From IMG/VR virus record IMGVR_UViG_3300045988_108820, positions 32,529-96,528 of that record: a stretch of 64,000 nucleotides of DNA; one strand, given 5' to 3'. The notes under the pieces were generated by a model. That model saw only the letters and a list, made by a program, of their open reading frames with translations, was not told where the DNA came from and ran no database searches. The DNA comes from a virus. The translations under genes and the position numbers were made by a program. Within the stretch, counting starts at the first letter, position 1. Every line of letters starts with the position of its first letter. Of this stretch, positions 32,156 through 43,700 are shown piece by piece.

Positions 32156-35100
32156 TGATGAGGCAAGATTTTCATGTTTTTCAAGGTATGAGGCAGGATA
32201 ATCATCCTATTAGACAAGAATCTAAATACCTATGGGAAGCACATAATATAAGATTTACAGCTAGGGATGATAGTACATTATTATCTATGACCAATGAGAA
32301 GGGAACTAAGATTATTACCAAATTAATAGTAGGTTCTTATATAGGTCATTGTGTAGTAGGAAATTATTTAGTAGTCTTCACTGTTGGTAATAAAAATAGT
32401 ACTTTAAATTATATATATAGAATAGAAAAGAAAGCAGATGGTTGGGTAATTACTATATTGTATATTGGCAATTTAAATATGGATGTAGAACATCCTATAC
32501 AAGCATTAGGTATCTATGAAGGGGAATTAGTTCAAAAGGTATATTGGGTAGATGGAAAGAATCAACCAAGGTCTATTAATATAGTAGCTAATAGATTATT
32601 ATTTAAAGACAAAGATATTATGGAGTTGTCTGATGCAGATAAAAATAATCTATATCCAGAAGGTTGCTTTGATTTTACTCAAGAATTACTTTTAAATGAA
32701 GAAATAACAGTCACTAGAGAAGAGGGTGGTGGAGCATTCTCTCCAGGAACTATACAATATGCTTTTTCATATTATAATAGACATGGACAAGAAAGTAATT
32801 TATTCTACACTACTGAACTTCTTAATATATCCTTTCCTACTAGAGGTGGAAGTCCAGAGGATGTAGTTAGTAATACCTTTCATATCTCTATCAAGAACCC
32901 TGAATCTAATTTTCAATATCTTAGAATTTATTCTATTCACAGGACATCAGTAGATGCAACTCCTATAGTAAAGATAGTAACTGATATAGAAATAACTGGA
33001 AGTAATGAAATAACTTATGTAGATACAGGACTTACTGGATCTAATATAGATCCAACAAAGATGCTATATATTGGTGGAGAATCTATTATAGCTGGAACTA
33101 TAGCTGAGAAAGATAATACATTATTCTTAGGTAACATAGAATTAAAGAGAGATAGTATTCCTGACTCTATAAAAAATACTCTAAAAGATTCTGTAGCTAA
33201 TAATAAAGTATCAATAGGAACTAGAACAATAGAACTTAATAGTGTTGATGATTCAGAAGCTATTTATGAGTATAGTAATCAACTTGCTGCTGGTAATACA
33301 TCATCATTTAAAGTAGGTGACACCTATAGACTTGGTATTCAGTTTCAACATAAGACAGGTAAATGGTCTGAACCTCTATGGTTAGGTAACTATGATGTTC
33401 CTAGAGATATTAAGCCACATAGAGATGGTGATAACATTGTAGTTCCAAAAATGACATTTAGTCTAGATAATGATACAAAGAGTACTCTATCAAGTTTAGA
33501 ATATAAAAGAGCTAGGGCATTAGTAGTATTACCATCTATTTATGATAGAATGGTATTAGCTCAAGGTATATTATGTCCTACTGTATTCTCTATTAAAGAT
33601 AGAGTTTCTAATACACCATTTGCCCAATCCTCTTGGTTCTTCAGACCAATGTCTGAGAGTACAAATAATCTTACTGATATAGAAAAAGGATCTACAGTAT
33701 CATTTGCTCATCTAGATCTATTAAAGTCAGGGAGTGATAGAGGAGCTGAAATTCAAAATATGATTTCAACACCTTTTTCTACTGCAAATAGTGATGCAAA
33801 ACAAGATAGAGCTACTAATAATAATGCATTCTTTGTTGACCAATCTATAATTACTATGCACTCTCCTGATATAGAGTTTGATGATAGTACAAAACAAGCT
33901 TTAGAGGAAGGAGATTTTGAGCTTAATATAGTTGGATTAACAGAGTTTAAATCAAATGCAGGAGATATTTCTATACAGACATCTTCAGCAGTACCAGCTC
34001 CTAATGATAATGGTTTCTTTCACAAATCATTCCTTACTACTAATTATGAAAACAAAGGAATGGTTGCAGGTATGTTCTATAAAAGTCATCTTATAGATGA
34101 TAAAGATAGTGGAAAAACTCTCTATGCTTATAATGCTACACAGAAGAGTTGGGAATTAAATTGGCTAGTATATCCTTGGCAGAGATCAGGTTCATTAAAT
34201 AATGACATTGTTAGACCAGAGTCTGGGGGAGCTAGAACTTCAGTATTAAAAAGAAAAGTTATTTCAAATATTAGATTCTCTCCAGATGTAAAATGGTTGA
34301 GTAAATCTTGGAGTTCAGGAGATAAAAATGGTATTACACCAGTCTCTATTTTCAATAGTAATGAGGTATCACTTATAAAGATACCTACTCCAAAGAATTC
34401 AGGTATTAGAGCATTGAATTATTATGGTAATGTTGATACTTTGATTACTACAGATAGTGAATACACTTTCTATGTAACACCTAATACAGGTGTGGATTTA
34501 CAAGGTTCTGGAGTAATAGTCAACCCATTCACAAAGATTCCACTTCAAAGTATTAAAACTAATTATAGTGATAATCTTGCAGGAGATTTTAAAGAGCAAT
34601 TAAAAACTACTAATGAACCTGTAAGAATGAAATATAAATCTACACCTCATGCAGTTTTCGCTTTTAATTATTTAAATAATTCATCTCCAGTTATTTTACC
34701 TAGAATGAATAACTTAAATAAATATATAGGAACTAATGAGGTCCCATTTTGGTCTAATGTAGATCCAGAGATACCAAATCAATATAGAGATGTTGATATT
34801 CAAGAGGTTTATCCTATTTCTGGTAGTCCTAAAGAAGTAGAAAATGCAGTAATTAAAAATTTAGAGAGTAATTATGGTGATACACTCCCAGATGATTGTG
34901 CTATATGCACTTGTTCAGTAAGGAGTCAAGATACTAACTATGCAGATTTATATGTAGCTGTACAGGGAGGTAAATGGAAAAAAGTAACTGAAGATAGCCC
35001 AGACTTAAAACTAGGTAATATTTATTATTACAAAGGAGGAAATATATATTGGAAGGTTGTTTATCATGGTTCTGGTAGAGTACTATATAAAATAGGTGAA

Positions 35101-36633
35101 ACTACTTCATATTCTGTAAAACAAGATAATATTGATATTTCAGAAACAAAGCCTTGTTTATATATGGCTGAGTTAAGAAGAAAATCAAAACCTACTAATA
35201 TGTTTGGGGGAGATACTGATGAAGCTCTTAGAAATAATTCTTGGATACCTGCTGGTCCTATTGTTCCACTTGACTCTAAAATTGAGTTTAGATATGGAGA
35301 TACATATTATCAAAGGTATGACTGTTTAAAGACTTATTCCTTTACAGAGGAGGATGAAAATAGTGTAATAGAAATTGCCTCCTTTATGTGTGAATCTAGA
35401 ATTAATCTAGACGGAAGATATGATAGGAATAGGGGTCAAATTAGTAATCTAAATATGTCTCCTATTAATTTTAATTTAATGAACCCTATCTATTCTCAGA
35501 GAGATAATTTCTTTAACTATAGAATACTTGATAAAGAGTACTATAGAAACAATAAATATCCTACTCAAATATTATGGTCATTAGAAAAGTCATATCTAGA
35601 GGATATAGATACATGGGCTAATGTGACCTTAGCTAATTCTATAGATTTAAGTGGCAGTGCAGGATCTATTACATCCCTTGAAACATTTAATGATACTTTA
35701 ATAGCTTTCCAAGAGCAATCTATAAGTCAGATTTTGTTTAATAGTAGAGTTCAAATACCTACATCAGATGGTACTCCTATAGAAATCACTAATAATTATA
35801 AGGTTGAAGGAACTAGACCAATTAGTAATGTTATAGGATGTCAAGATAAATTCTCTATAGCAAAATCTCCAAGTGGTTTATATTTTATAGATAATAATGC
35901 TGATATATTATACTTATATAATGGTCAACTGCAAGATATAAGCACACAGTTTGGTGGAAAGTTTTGGTTAAGAAAATATCATGCAAATGAGAAATGGAAT
36001 ATTAATAGTAAGTCATCTGTAAGATTAAGTTATGATCCAAAGAATAAAGATTTATATCTAAGTCCCATTGGAGACACTAATAATGAAAATACTTTATGTT
36101 ATTCAGAACAAATGGGTCAATTTACATCCTTAATGAGTTATAGTAAAGCTATTATGTTCCCAATTGATAATAGTTTCTACTCTATTACTAGTTCAAATGG
36201 TACTACAAAATTATGGGAGAACTTTAAAGGAAATTATAATCAATTTTTTGATGAGATAAAGTTACCTAGATTTACTTATATTTGTAATGAAGATGTTTCA
36301 TATACAAAAATATTTGATACTATTGAGTATAGAGCAGATGTTTATAACAAAGAGGGATTATTAATTCATAATAAATCTTTTGATTGGATTAAAGCAGCAA
36401 ATGAATATCAAGATACAGGTGAGAAGACTTTAAGTCAGGCTAGAAGAACTATAAATGATATATCATTAAGAAAGAAATTTAGAGTATGGAGAGGACAGAT
36501 ACCTAGACAAGGAAGAGAGAGAATTAGAAATCCTTGGACTTCAATTAGTTTAGGTTTTAAAAAGTCTTTAAATGAGAATGATAATATGTTTCATTTTATA
36601 TTACATGATATTTCAACAAAGTACACAATCTAA
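32155..36633 (+). CDS. large tail structural protein (1492 aa)
   Basis: A single uninterrupted frame in the tail module. Its size is comparable to the large tail (muzzle/hub-type) proteins of crAss-like phages. No motif verified. Confidence 0.6.
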   Translation: MMRQDFHVFQGMRQDNHPIRQESKYLWEAHNIRFTARDDSTLLSMTNEKGTKIITKLIVGSYIGHCVVGNYLVVFTVGNKNSTLNYIYRIEKKADGWVITILYIGNLNMDVEHPIQALGIYEGELVQKVYWVDGKNQPRSINIVANRLLFKDKDIMELSDADKNNLYPEGCFDFTQELLLNEEITVTREEGGGAFSPGTIQYAFSYYNRHGQESNLFYTTELLNISFPTRGGSPEDVVSNTFHISIKNPESNFQYLRIYSIHRTSVDATPIVKIVTDIEITGSNEITYVDTGLTGSNIDPTKMLYIGGESIIAGTIAEKDNTLFLGNIELKRDSIPDSIKNTLKDSVANNKVSIGTRTIELNSVDDSEAIYEYSNQLAAGNTSSFKVGDTYRLGIQFQHKTGKWSEPLWLGNYDVPRDIKPHRDGDNIVVPKMTFSLDNDTKSTLSSLEYKRARALVVLPSIYDRMVLAQGILCPTVFSIKDRVSNTPFAQSSWFFRPMSESTNNLTDIEKGSTVSFAHLDLLKSGSDRGAEIQNMISTPFSTANSDAKQDRATNNNAFFVDQSIITMHSPDIEFDDSTKQALEEGDFELNIVGLTEFKSNAGDISIQTSSAVPAPNDNGFFHKSFLTTNYENKGMVAGMFYKSHLIDDKDSGKTLYAYNATQKSWELNWLVYPWQRSGSLNNDIVRPESGGARTSVLKRKVISNIRFSPDVKWLSKSWSSGDKNGITPVSIFNSNEVSLIKIPTPKNSGIRALNYYGNVDTLITTDSEYTFYVTPNTGVDLQGSGVIVNPFTKIPLQSIKTNYSDNLAGDFKEQLKTTNEPVRMKYKSTPHAVFAFNYLNNSSPVILPRMNNLNKYIGTNEVPFWSNVDPEIPNQYRDVDIQEVYPISGSPKEVENAVIKNLESNYGDTLPDDCAICTCSVRSQDTNYADLYVAVQGGKWKKVTEDSPDLKLGNIYYYKGGNIYWKVVYHGSGRVLYKIGETTSYSVKQDNIDISETKPCLYMAELRRKSKPTNMFGGDTDEALRNNSWIPAGPIVPLDSKIEFRYGDTYYQRYDCLKTYSFTEEDENSVIEIASFMCESRINLDGRYDRNRGQISNLNMSPINFNLMNPIYSQRDNFFNYRILDKEYYRNNKYPTQILWSLEKSYLEDIDTWANVTLANSIDLSGSAGSITSLETFNDTLIAFQEQSISQILFNSRVQIPTSDGTPIEITNNYKVEGTRPISNVIGCQDKFSIAKSPSGLYFIDNNADILYLYNGQLQDISTQFGGKFWLRKYHANEKWNINSKSSVRLSYDPKNKDLYLSPIGDTNNENTLCYSEQMGQFTSLMSYSKAIMFPIDNSFYSITSSNGTTKLWENFKGNYNQFFDEIKLPRFTYICNEDVSYTKIFDTIEYRADVYNKEGLLIHNKSFDWIKAANEYQDTGEKTLSQARRTINDISLRKKFRVWRGQIPRQGRERIRNPWTSISLGFKKSLNENDNMFHFILHDISTKYTI

Positions 36634-36638
36634 TTTAA

Positions 36639-36677
36639 TAGGGATATAAGAGAAGTCTTATGTCCCTATTATTTTTA
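36639..36677 (+). terminator. rho-independent terminator
   Basis: TAGGGATATAAG (36639-36650) pairs with CTTATGTCCCTA (36657-36668) with one wobble, followed by TTATTTTTA. Confidence 0.6.
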
Positions 36678-36687
36678 TATTTAGGTT

Positions 36688-36719
36688 CTTGATAATATCA
36701 CTCATTTTATATATCTTTG
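36688..36719 (+). promoter_or_regulatory. Bacteroidota-type promoter (CTTG-N20-TATCTTTG)
   Basis: CTTG at 36688-36691 and TATCTTTG at 36712-36719, 20 nt upstream of the ATG at 36740. Confidence 0.55.
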
Positions 36720-36739
36720 CACAAGTAAACTAATAAGTT

Positions 36740-39466
36740 ATGGCTAATAGAATTAATAATAGAAGATATAATAAGTTATTAAGTTATAGAAATAACTACT
36801 TTGTAGGAGGAGGACACATGTTTGCTCCTTATTATCAGACACCACCAATATTAGGGGGTATGGGTGGAGCACAGAATCCTACTCAAGGATATGAGCCTAC
36901 AGGAATTCCATCTAATACATCTAGTACTAATGGAGGATTATTTGGTAATCTAGGAACTTCAATTGTAAATGGTTTTAAATCAGGTGCTCTTAATGGTTTA
37001 GCTGGTGGACTAGGAAATATTGCAGGAGGTGCAATAGGAGGAGGAATGTCTAGTGGTGTTGGAAGTGCTATGACTAGTCTAAGTGGCTTAGCTAGTGCTA
37101 TTCCAGGACCTTGGGGTGCTATTTCCTCAGCAGGTTTAGGAGTACTTGGAGGCTTAACAAATAGAATGTTTGGTTCTAAATTGAATAAAGAGAATATTGC
37201 CGATGTTGAGGGTAATATTAATAGACTTAACAGCCTACAAGCAGATGCTAATAGCTTTGATACTTTAGCTGATATTTGGGGTAACACATCTATGGGAAGT
37301 AACTTTACTAATAGTTATATTGGTAAAGATGGATGGTTTTCTAATAAAGCAAAAAAGAAAGCTAAACAATTGAGGAACCAAATGGAGTTAGCTAATGCTT
37401 ATGCTGAAAATGCACTTCAAAATAATGCTCATAATATTTCAGAAACTACTATGAATAACTTAGAAGCAAATTATGCAGCTCTTGGAGGATTTCTAAATCA
37501 ATATGCTGATGGTGGTAGTATATATATTAAACCTGAAAATAGAGGAAAATTTAATGCTACTAAAAAAAGAACTGGAAAAACTACAGAAGAGTTGACACAT
37601 AGTAAAAATTCATTAACTAGAAAAAGAGCAATCTTTGCTCAGAATGCAGCAAAATGGCACCATGCTTTTGGTGGTGAATTAAATACTAATGGAGCAGACT
37701 TTCCAACTGGATTAACCTTCATTGGTAATGGGGGTTTACATGAAGATAACCCTTATGAAGGTGTACCAATGGGTGTAGATCCAGAAGGTACTCCTAACTT
37801 AGTTGAAGAAGGAGAGGTTATATATAATGACTATGTATTTAGTAATAGATTGACTGTTCCTAAGACTATAAGATCTAAATATAAGTTAAAGGGAGATAAG
37901 GATTTAACCTTTGCTGATGCTGTTAAGCAAATCTCTAAAGGTGCTACAGAAAGACCTAATGATCCTATTAGTCAAGAAACTTTACATGAGATAATGTCTG
38001 ATTTAGCTCAGACCCAAGAAGGTGTTAGAGAAGAAGCTAGTGAGGGTAATAAATTTGCAAAAGGTGGTATCTTAGGTAACTTATATGAAGGTGATGGTTC
38101 AGCATGGCAAGTGCTAAATAGAAATAATAAAACCAAAGGTCTTAACTTTGGAGATCCTAAATTTAATCCTTATACTAAGAGTGGAGATATTGATTGGAAT
38201 ATAATGTATGGTAAAGATAGTCCTTACATGAAAAGAAGACAATATGTTCTAGATAATTGGGAAAGTGAAGGAGTTAAAAATTGGCTTTCTAAATATGTAG
38301 AAGGAGTTAATGCTTATAATAGAGATAGAAAAGGCTATAAGCCTATGTCTGTTAATGATATTACTAAAGATGTATTTGAACACAGAACTTTTGATAAAAG
38401 TTGGGGAGGAATGCATTCAGGTATTGATTATGCAGGAGACCCATCTGTAAATAGAGCTAATAGATATTTTCTTAGAAGTAAAGATGATAGTGGAAAATAT
38501 GCTATAACTCCTATGGAAACTACCCCATGGAAAGGTTTTGCTCAAAGTGGTGAATACCAAGGTCTCAAATATGAAGAAGCTTTCCCAGATTATAAAGAGG
38601 TAGGAAGTGAAGAGAGACCTCTTGATAAGAGTACAAATACTATATACACTGATTATTATTATGATACTATTCCAAAAGAGAAAGCTCCTGAAGAACCTAA
38701 AAAACTACCTCCATTAAATTTAGGTAGAAGCAATGAGGATCTTAGATATATTCCTGCAATAGGTTTAGGTTTAGCATCACTAACAGATGCACTAGGATTA
38801 ACTAATAAACCAGATTATTCTGAAGCAGCTCAGATAGAAGCAACTACAAGAGGTGGCTCTTATAGACCTGTATCTTGGAGTCCAATTGGTAATAAACTTG
38901 GTTATAGACCATTTGATAGAGATTACTATACTAATAAACTTAGTGCAGAAGCTAGTGCTTTAAGAAGATCTTTAGCTAATCAAAGTGGTGGTAATAGTGG
39001 TAGAGCAATAGCAGGTTTATTAGCTGCTGACTATAATGCTCAAGATAAACTTGGTGAATTATTCAGAAAATCAGAAGAATATAATTTAGAACAAAGACAG
39101 AAGATTGAAGACTTTAATAGAGCTACTAATCAAGCTAATTCTCAAGGTATGCTTCAAGCTGATATGGCTAATCAACAAGCTTATGCAAATGCAAGAGAAA
39201 GTAACCTTAGGGGTATTTTAGCAGCTGCTGAAATGAGACAAAAAGCTAGATTATCTGCTGAAGCTGCTAAATCTGCTAATTTAAGTGGATTCCTACAGGC
39301 TATAGGAGATATAGGGTATGAAAATAAATCACTTAATATGATAAGAGCATTAATGGAAGCTGGTCTTGTACCAGTATCAGACTCTATACAAGACCTTTAT
39401 GCCGCATCTTCAGCTAAAAAGAGATTAACCTCTAATGGTAAAACTAATAAAAAGGGAGGTAAGTAA
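36740..39466 (+). CDS. tail / ejected internal protein with Gly-rich N-terminal region (908 aa)
   Basis: Residues about 45-140 are G/A/S/L-rich (GGLFGNLGTSIVNGF...GLAGGLGNIAGGAIGGGMSSGVGS...GLGVLGGL), glycine-zipper-like. The rest is unassigned. Confidence 0.55.
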   Translation: MANRINNRRYNKLLSYRNNYFVGGGHMFAPYYQTPPILGGMGGAQNPTQGYEPTGIPSNTSSTNGGLFGNLGTSIVNGFKSGALNGLAGGLGNIAGGAIGGGMSSGVGSAMTSLSGLASAIPGPWGAISSAGLGVLGGLTNRMFGSKLNKENIADVEGNINRLNSLQADANSFDTLADIWGNTSMGSNFTNSYIGKDGWFSNKAKKKAKQLRNQMELANAYAENALQNNAHNISETTMNNLEANYAALGGFLNQYADGGSIYIKPENRGKFNATKKRTGKTTEELTHSKNSLTRKRAIFAQNAAKWHHAFGGELNTNGADFPTGLTFIGNGGLHEDNPYEGVPMGVDPEGTPNLVEEGEVIYNDYVFSNRLTVPKTIRSKYKLKGDKDLTFADAVKQISKGATERPNDPISQETLHEIMSDLAQTQEGVREEASEGNKFAKGGILGNLYEGDGSAWQVLNRNNKTKGLNFGDPKFNPYTKSGDIDWNIMYGKDSPYMKRRQYVLDNWESEGVKNWLSKYVEGVNAYNRDRKGYKPMSVNDITKDVFEHRTFDKSWGGMHSGIDYAGDPSVNRANRYFLRSKDDSGKYAITPMETTPWKGFAQSGEYQGLKYEEAFPDYKEVGSEERPLDKSTNTIYTDYYYDTIPKEKAPEEPKKLPPLNLGRSNEDLRYIPAIGLGLASLTDALGLTNKPDYSEAAQIEATTRGGSYRPVSWSPIGNKLGYRPFDRDYYTNKLSAEASALRRSLANQSGGNSGRAIAGLLAADYNAQDKLGELFRKSEEYNLEQRQKIEDFNRATNQANSQGMLQADMANQQAYANARESNLRGILAAAEMRQKARLSAEAAKSANLSGFLQAIGDIGYENKSLNMIRALMEAGLVPVSDSIQDLYAASSAKKRLTSNGKTNKKGGK

Positions 39467-40758
39467 TGCAGTTAGTTATAGATAGTAAATTTAGACCATT
39501 TTCCTATGATGAGCTTGTAAAGCCTCTTACACAATATAAAGAGGCTTATGATAAAGTGGAAGCACAATATTCTGATTTAGTTTCACAAACGGAACAATGG
39601 AAAGATATTGCGAATAGAACAAAAAGTCCTGAAGCTTATGCAATGTATAGTAAGTATGCTAATGACTTAAATAATATAGTAGATGATTTTAGTAGAGGTA
39701 TGACTTTACAAAATAGAAGTCAACTTATGTCTATGAAGAGAAGGTATGCTAGTGAAATACAACCTATTGCAAGAGCTAGTGAAGCTATGAAAGAAGCTAA
39801 TGACCTTAGAGTAAAGTCTGGTCCTGATTCTATATTTGAGGTAGGAGAATATAATTCACTAGATCAATTTCTTCATGGTAAAACAGCTAATAATAGATCT
39901 CAAAGTAGAGATGCTCTTACTAAGAGAACAGCAGCTATGACAGAAGCTGCTATGGCTTCAGCAATGAAAGATCCAGAGTTCAAAAAAGCATTGGGAGATC
40001 AATATTGGATGTTAACACAGCACACAGGAGGTTCTTATGCAGACCTTAAAGCTGCTATAGCCAATAATCCTCAAGCACAAAATAGATTTGCTGAAATTAA
40101 AGCTCAGGTGATGAAAGAAGCTGGTTATGATAGATATGATGCTATGGGTAAGCAAGCTATAGAGAGTGCTATTAATACAGGTTTATATGCAGGTCTAGAT
40201 AAACCAGTTAGGTCATTCCAAGCTAATCAAGCTTATCTTAACCCATTACAAGCTGAACAATTGTCTCAAGCTAAGACTGAGTTTGAGTGGAAGAAACAAG
40301 CTAGAAGACCTCTACCTCTTGGGAATGGTAACTATCTTGACCCAGTTTCAGGTCTTACCTTTACTGAAGATAATAAAGGTAAGAGAACTTATAATTTTTC
40401 TGGTAAGGGTTCTGGTAAGGGTTCTAATAAGGGTAGTTCTGGAGATGGTGATAATAGATCTACAAGAAAAGTTAATAGATTAGCTAAACCTATAAAGGTT
40501 AAAGTGGGTGGTGGAAATCCTATAGAAGAATATGGTGATACTGTAGAACCTACTGGTACAAAGGTACCATTTAATAAGTTAACTGGTGCAGCTAGGGACA
40601 TTGCTAAACAATATATGAATGATGATACTTCAGAGGGTTATGATATTTATATTGAAACACCAGGTACATGGGAATGGCATTCTCATCAGAGAATGTACAT
40701 AATACCAAGAAAAGTTGAAAGTATTGATAAAGAGGATGAAGGTGAAAATGATATTTAA
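39466..40758 (+). CDS. tail / ejected internal protein (430 aa)
   Basis: ORF-track frame. Its ATG overlaps the upstream stop. It contains a GKGSGKGSNKGSSGDG low-complexity tract. Confidence 0.55.
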   Translation: MQLVIDSKFRPFSYDELVKPLTQYKEAYDKVEAQYSDLVSQTEQWKDIANRTKSPEAYAMYSKYANDLNNIVDDFSRGMTLQNRSQLMSMKRRYASEIQPIARASEAMKEANDLRVKSGPDSIFEVGEYNSLDQFLHGKTANNRSQSRDALTKRTAAMTEAAMASAMKDPEFKKALGDQYWMLTQHTGGSYADLKAAIANNPQAQNRFAEIKAQVMKEAGYDRYDAMGKQAIESAINTGLYAGLDKPVRSFQANQAYLNPLQAEQLSQAKTEFEWKKQARRPLPLGNGNYLDPVSGLTFTEDNKGKRTYNFSGKGSGKGSNKGSSGDGDNRSTRKVNRLAKPIKVKVGGGNPIEEYGDTVEPTGTKVPFNKLTGAARDIAKQYMNDDTSEGYDIYIETPGTWEWHSHQRMYIIPRKVESIDKEDEGENDI

Positions 40759-40768
40759 ATTTTAATCT

Positions 40769-43700
40769 ATGTTTACAGAAATTTTAAGAGGTCTTAAAGG
40801 TCTTAAAGGTCTCAGGGGTCTTGAAGGTCTTTCCCAACAAGAAAGAGATGCTTGGAGAAGAGTTAATGCAAGTAAACTCGAAGGTAAGTCTGCTCAATAT
40901 GAAGATAGATTGTATGCAAATCAACAATTTGTCAAGAAATTTGGAATGGATGCCTTTAACTCCTTTAATAGGGACCAAAGAGACTATATATATAAGGATA
41001 CAATAGTAAATGAACTTTATACTGATCTTTATAGCCCCTATACTGATAAAGTAGGAACTGATGGTAAATATATAGTTGACCCTAATAAGGGAATGGGGAG
41101 TGAAGCAGAATTTAAAAAGTATTATGCTATGGATGCAGACTCAAAATTGGAATTAATTAGAAGTGGTTGGAAACCTACTCCTCAAATTGAGTCTGAATTA
41201 AAGAAAGAGCGTGATATGAAATTAGCAGCAATAAATAATTCTAATGCTTGGGTTGGTGCTCCTAGCTATGCTCAAGGAGGTGTAACAGCTAGTTTTATTT
41301 TTAGAGAACCAATACACGAAGAGCTTTCTAGATCCGAGAATAATAAAATTTTGGAAGGAATTTATGCTAGAGATTTAAAGAAAAGGGAGGATGAACTTCA
41401 ACCTGAAATAGATGACTACTATTTAAATACTATAGGAAAACTAAGCGACTCAGAGGTGAAATCCCAATTTATGAAAGCTTTAACTCCCAGTGATACTAAT
41501 ATTGGTAATTCACAATTGCTTGCATTTTTTCATGATGGTAAAAATGTAGAAGACGAAGTAAAGAATTTTAGCATAGATGATATGAGGATGTATCTAGCTA
41601 AGTTCAAAGTCCTTAATGATAGATTAGGAGCTGGTGCAGCCTACACTGCATTAGATAATTATGCTAAGGAATATATAAGTGATCATCAAGGAAACCTCAC
41701 TTATGCAGGATTACTAGCAAAAGATATTGGTATAAGTGTGCTGTCTTATACTGCTGATAAAGTAAATAGTATAAGGCAACTATTTAATACTGGTAAAGGA
41801 AAATCTGTAGTATGGATCGATAATAAAGGTAATGTAGTTGCTCCAGATCAAGTTAAAACAGCAAAGAATGGAGATAAATATTATATCAATGATGATGGAG
41901 AAGTTACTGCAATAAAGCAGACTAAAATGAGTGTTACAGACTTAGATTATTTAGGTAAAGATGCTGAAGGTAATACTAGAAGTGACTTCCTAAATAATCA
42001 GTTTTGGGCAGATGCTGAACAATATGGTACTCTTGATTCTGATGAAATAAAACAATATAAAAAGTTAGGAGCATCTCCTTACAAAGTTGTATATAAACCA
42101 GGTGATGATTCAGATTTACTGTATGAAACTATTAAAATGACATCATTTGCTATAGCCGATGCTGCTTCTATGCTTATTCCAGGATACGGAGAAACTGTGG
42201 GTGCTGCAATGCAAACAACTAAAGCAGCTTCTTTATTAAGTAAGGCAATTAGTACTCTTGGTAAGGGTATATATTATACAAGTAAATTAGCAAAAGCTGT
42301 TCAACCTACAATTAGTGCTACAGCTATTGGACATGCCTATGGTAGAGGTGTATTTGGGGAGAGTCTAGCTCAAAATATGCAACAACTAGAAGAATATGCT
42401 TACACCTTTGCTCAGAAAAATTTTCATGATAATTATTATAGTAATAAACAGTTTAAGGATCAAGTAGACAAAGATGTACAAACTGAATTTAATAAACTAA
42501 AGAATATACAAAAGGCTGAGTTAAACACATCGGAGGGAAATAAAGAAATAGCTAACCAAGGACTCACTGATGAGGCTCTTATGGAAAAAGCTAAGCAGAT
42601 TGTTCATAGTACTTACATTGATAGAGGTGTTAAAGATATTCAAAATTCTGATGATTATTTTGATATGGTTGGCAAGGCTTCAGAAAGTGCAAGTGATGCA
42701 GCTATGACAGCTGCTATTACAGACGGTGCTAAGTATATGTTAGTTAATAATTTTGGATATAGAAAATTTCTATTTAATACTGCTGCTGATAGAGCTGCAT
42801 CTTCTGCAAGAAGATTAGCTCGAAATTTATCTGAAAAGGAGAGCAGAAGATTACTCTTTAAAAGTCTTATTGATGGAAATAAGTTAAAAACTATTGGGAA
42901 GATAACAGCATCTCAAGCATGGGGAGGTGCATGGACTAACTTTACTGATGAAATGCAATCTTGGGGTGGTAAACAAATAAATCAGGATAGATTCTCTTCT
43001 TATTTAAGTGGTTTTTATAATGGTCAAGCTTCAGATGATATCTATGGTGCTATAGATGCAGTAACTTCATATTTTAATGGTGCTATGGCTTCCTTAGCTA
43101 AAGGCACAACTTGGAAGGCAGGATTTGTTGGTGCTACTGGTTCATTAACTTCATTCGCTCCTAATGTTGCTTCAATAACTACTACTATTGGTACAAAAAG
43201 AGGTAGAGAAGCTTGGAGAAAAGCTTCTTTAGGAGAAAGAGCCAATATGATTTTTAATAATGGAGTTCTTAATGAATACTATGGAAAGAAACAGGGTGAA
43301 TCAGAAATAAAAAGGTATGTAGATGTAGTTAATAAATTACTTGATGAACAAGATAACTTTTCTATATTAAAAAGTGCTGTAGCTCTAGATAGAGCTTCTA
43401 TTGATGTAAGTAATCAGGAAGATAAAAATGCTATCACATTCCTAAAAGCGGTAAATGCAATATCACTATTACATCAATTTCAGAGTGATAGTGGTATTAA
43501 AGATCAGTCTAGTTCTAGAATAAAAAGATGGTTAAAGAATAAATTTGGTGAAGGTGAAAACACTTTAGGGGCTGTTGCTAGTCAATCTACTATACTTACT
43601 AAGGCTTTATCAGAAATAGAAGATTTAGTTAATGGAAATCTAAGTGAAGAATCTGCAAAGAGTTATCTATCTGAATACTATGCTAAAAACCCAACAGTAG

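Noticed and set aside
32017-34355. Minus-strand ORFs 32017..32217 and 34128..34355
   Set aside because: They are antisense shadows in tail genes.
36883-37287. Minus-strand 134-aa P/A/L-rich ORF
   Set aside because: It is produced by the reverse complement of the Gly-rich (GGN-codon) segment of the 908-aa gene, so it is a compositional artefact.
40283-40601. Overlapping frames 40283..40483 (+) and 40389..40601 (-)
   Set aside because: They are generated by the GKGSGKGS low-complexity tract of the 430-aa gene.
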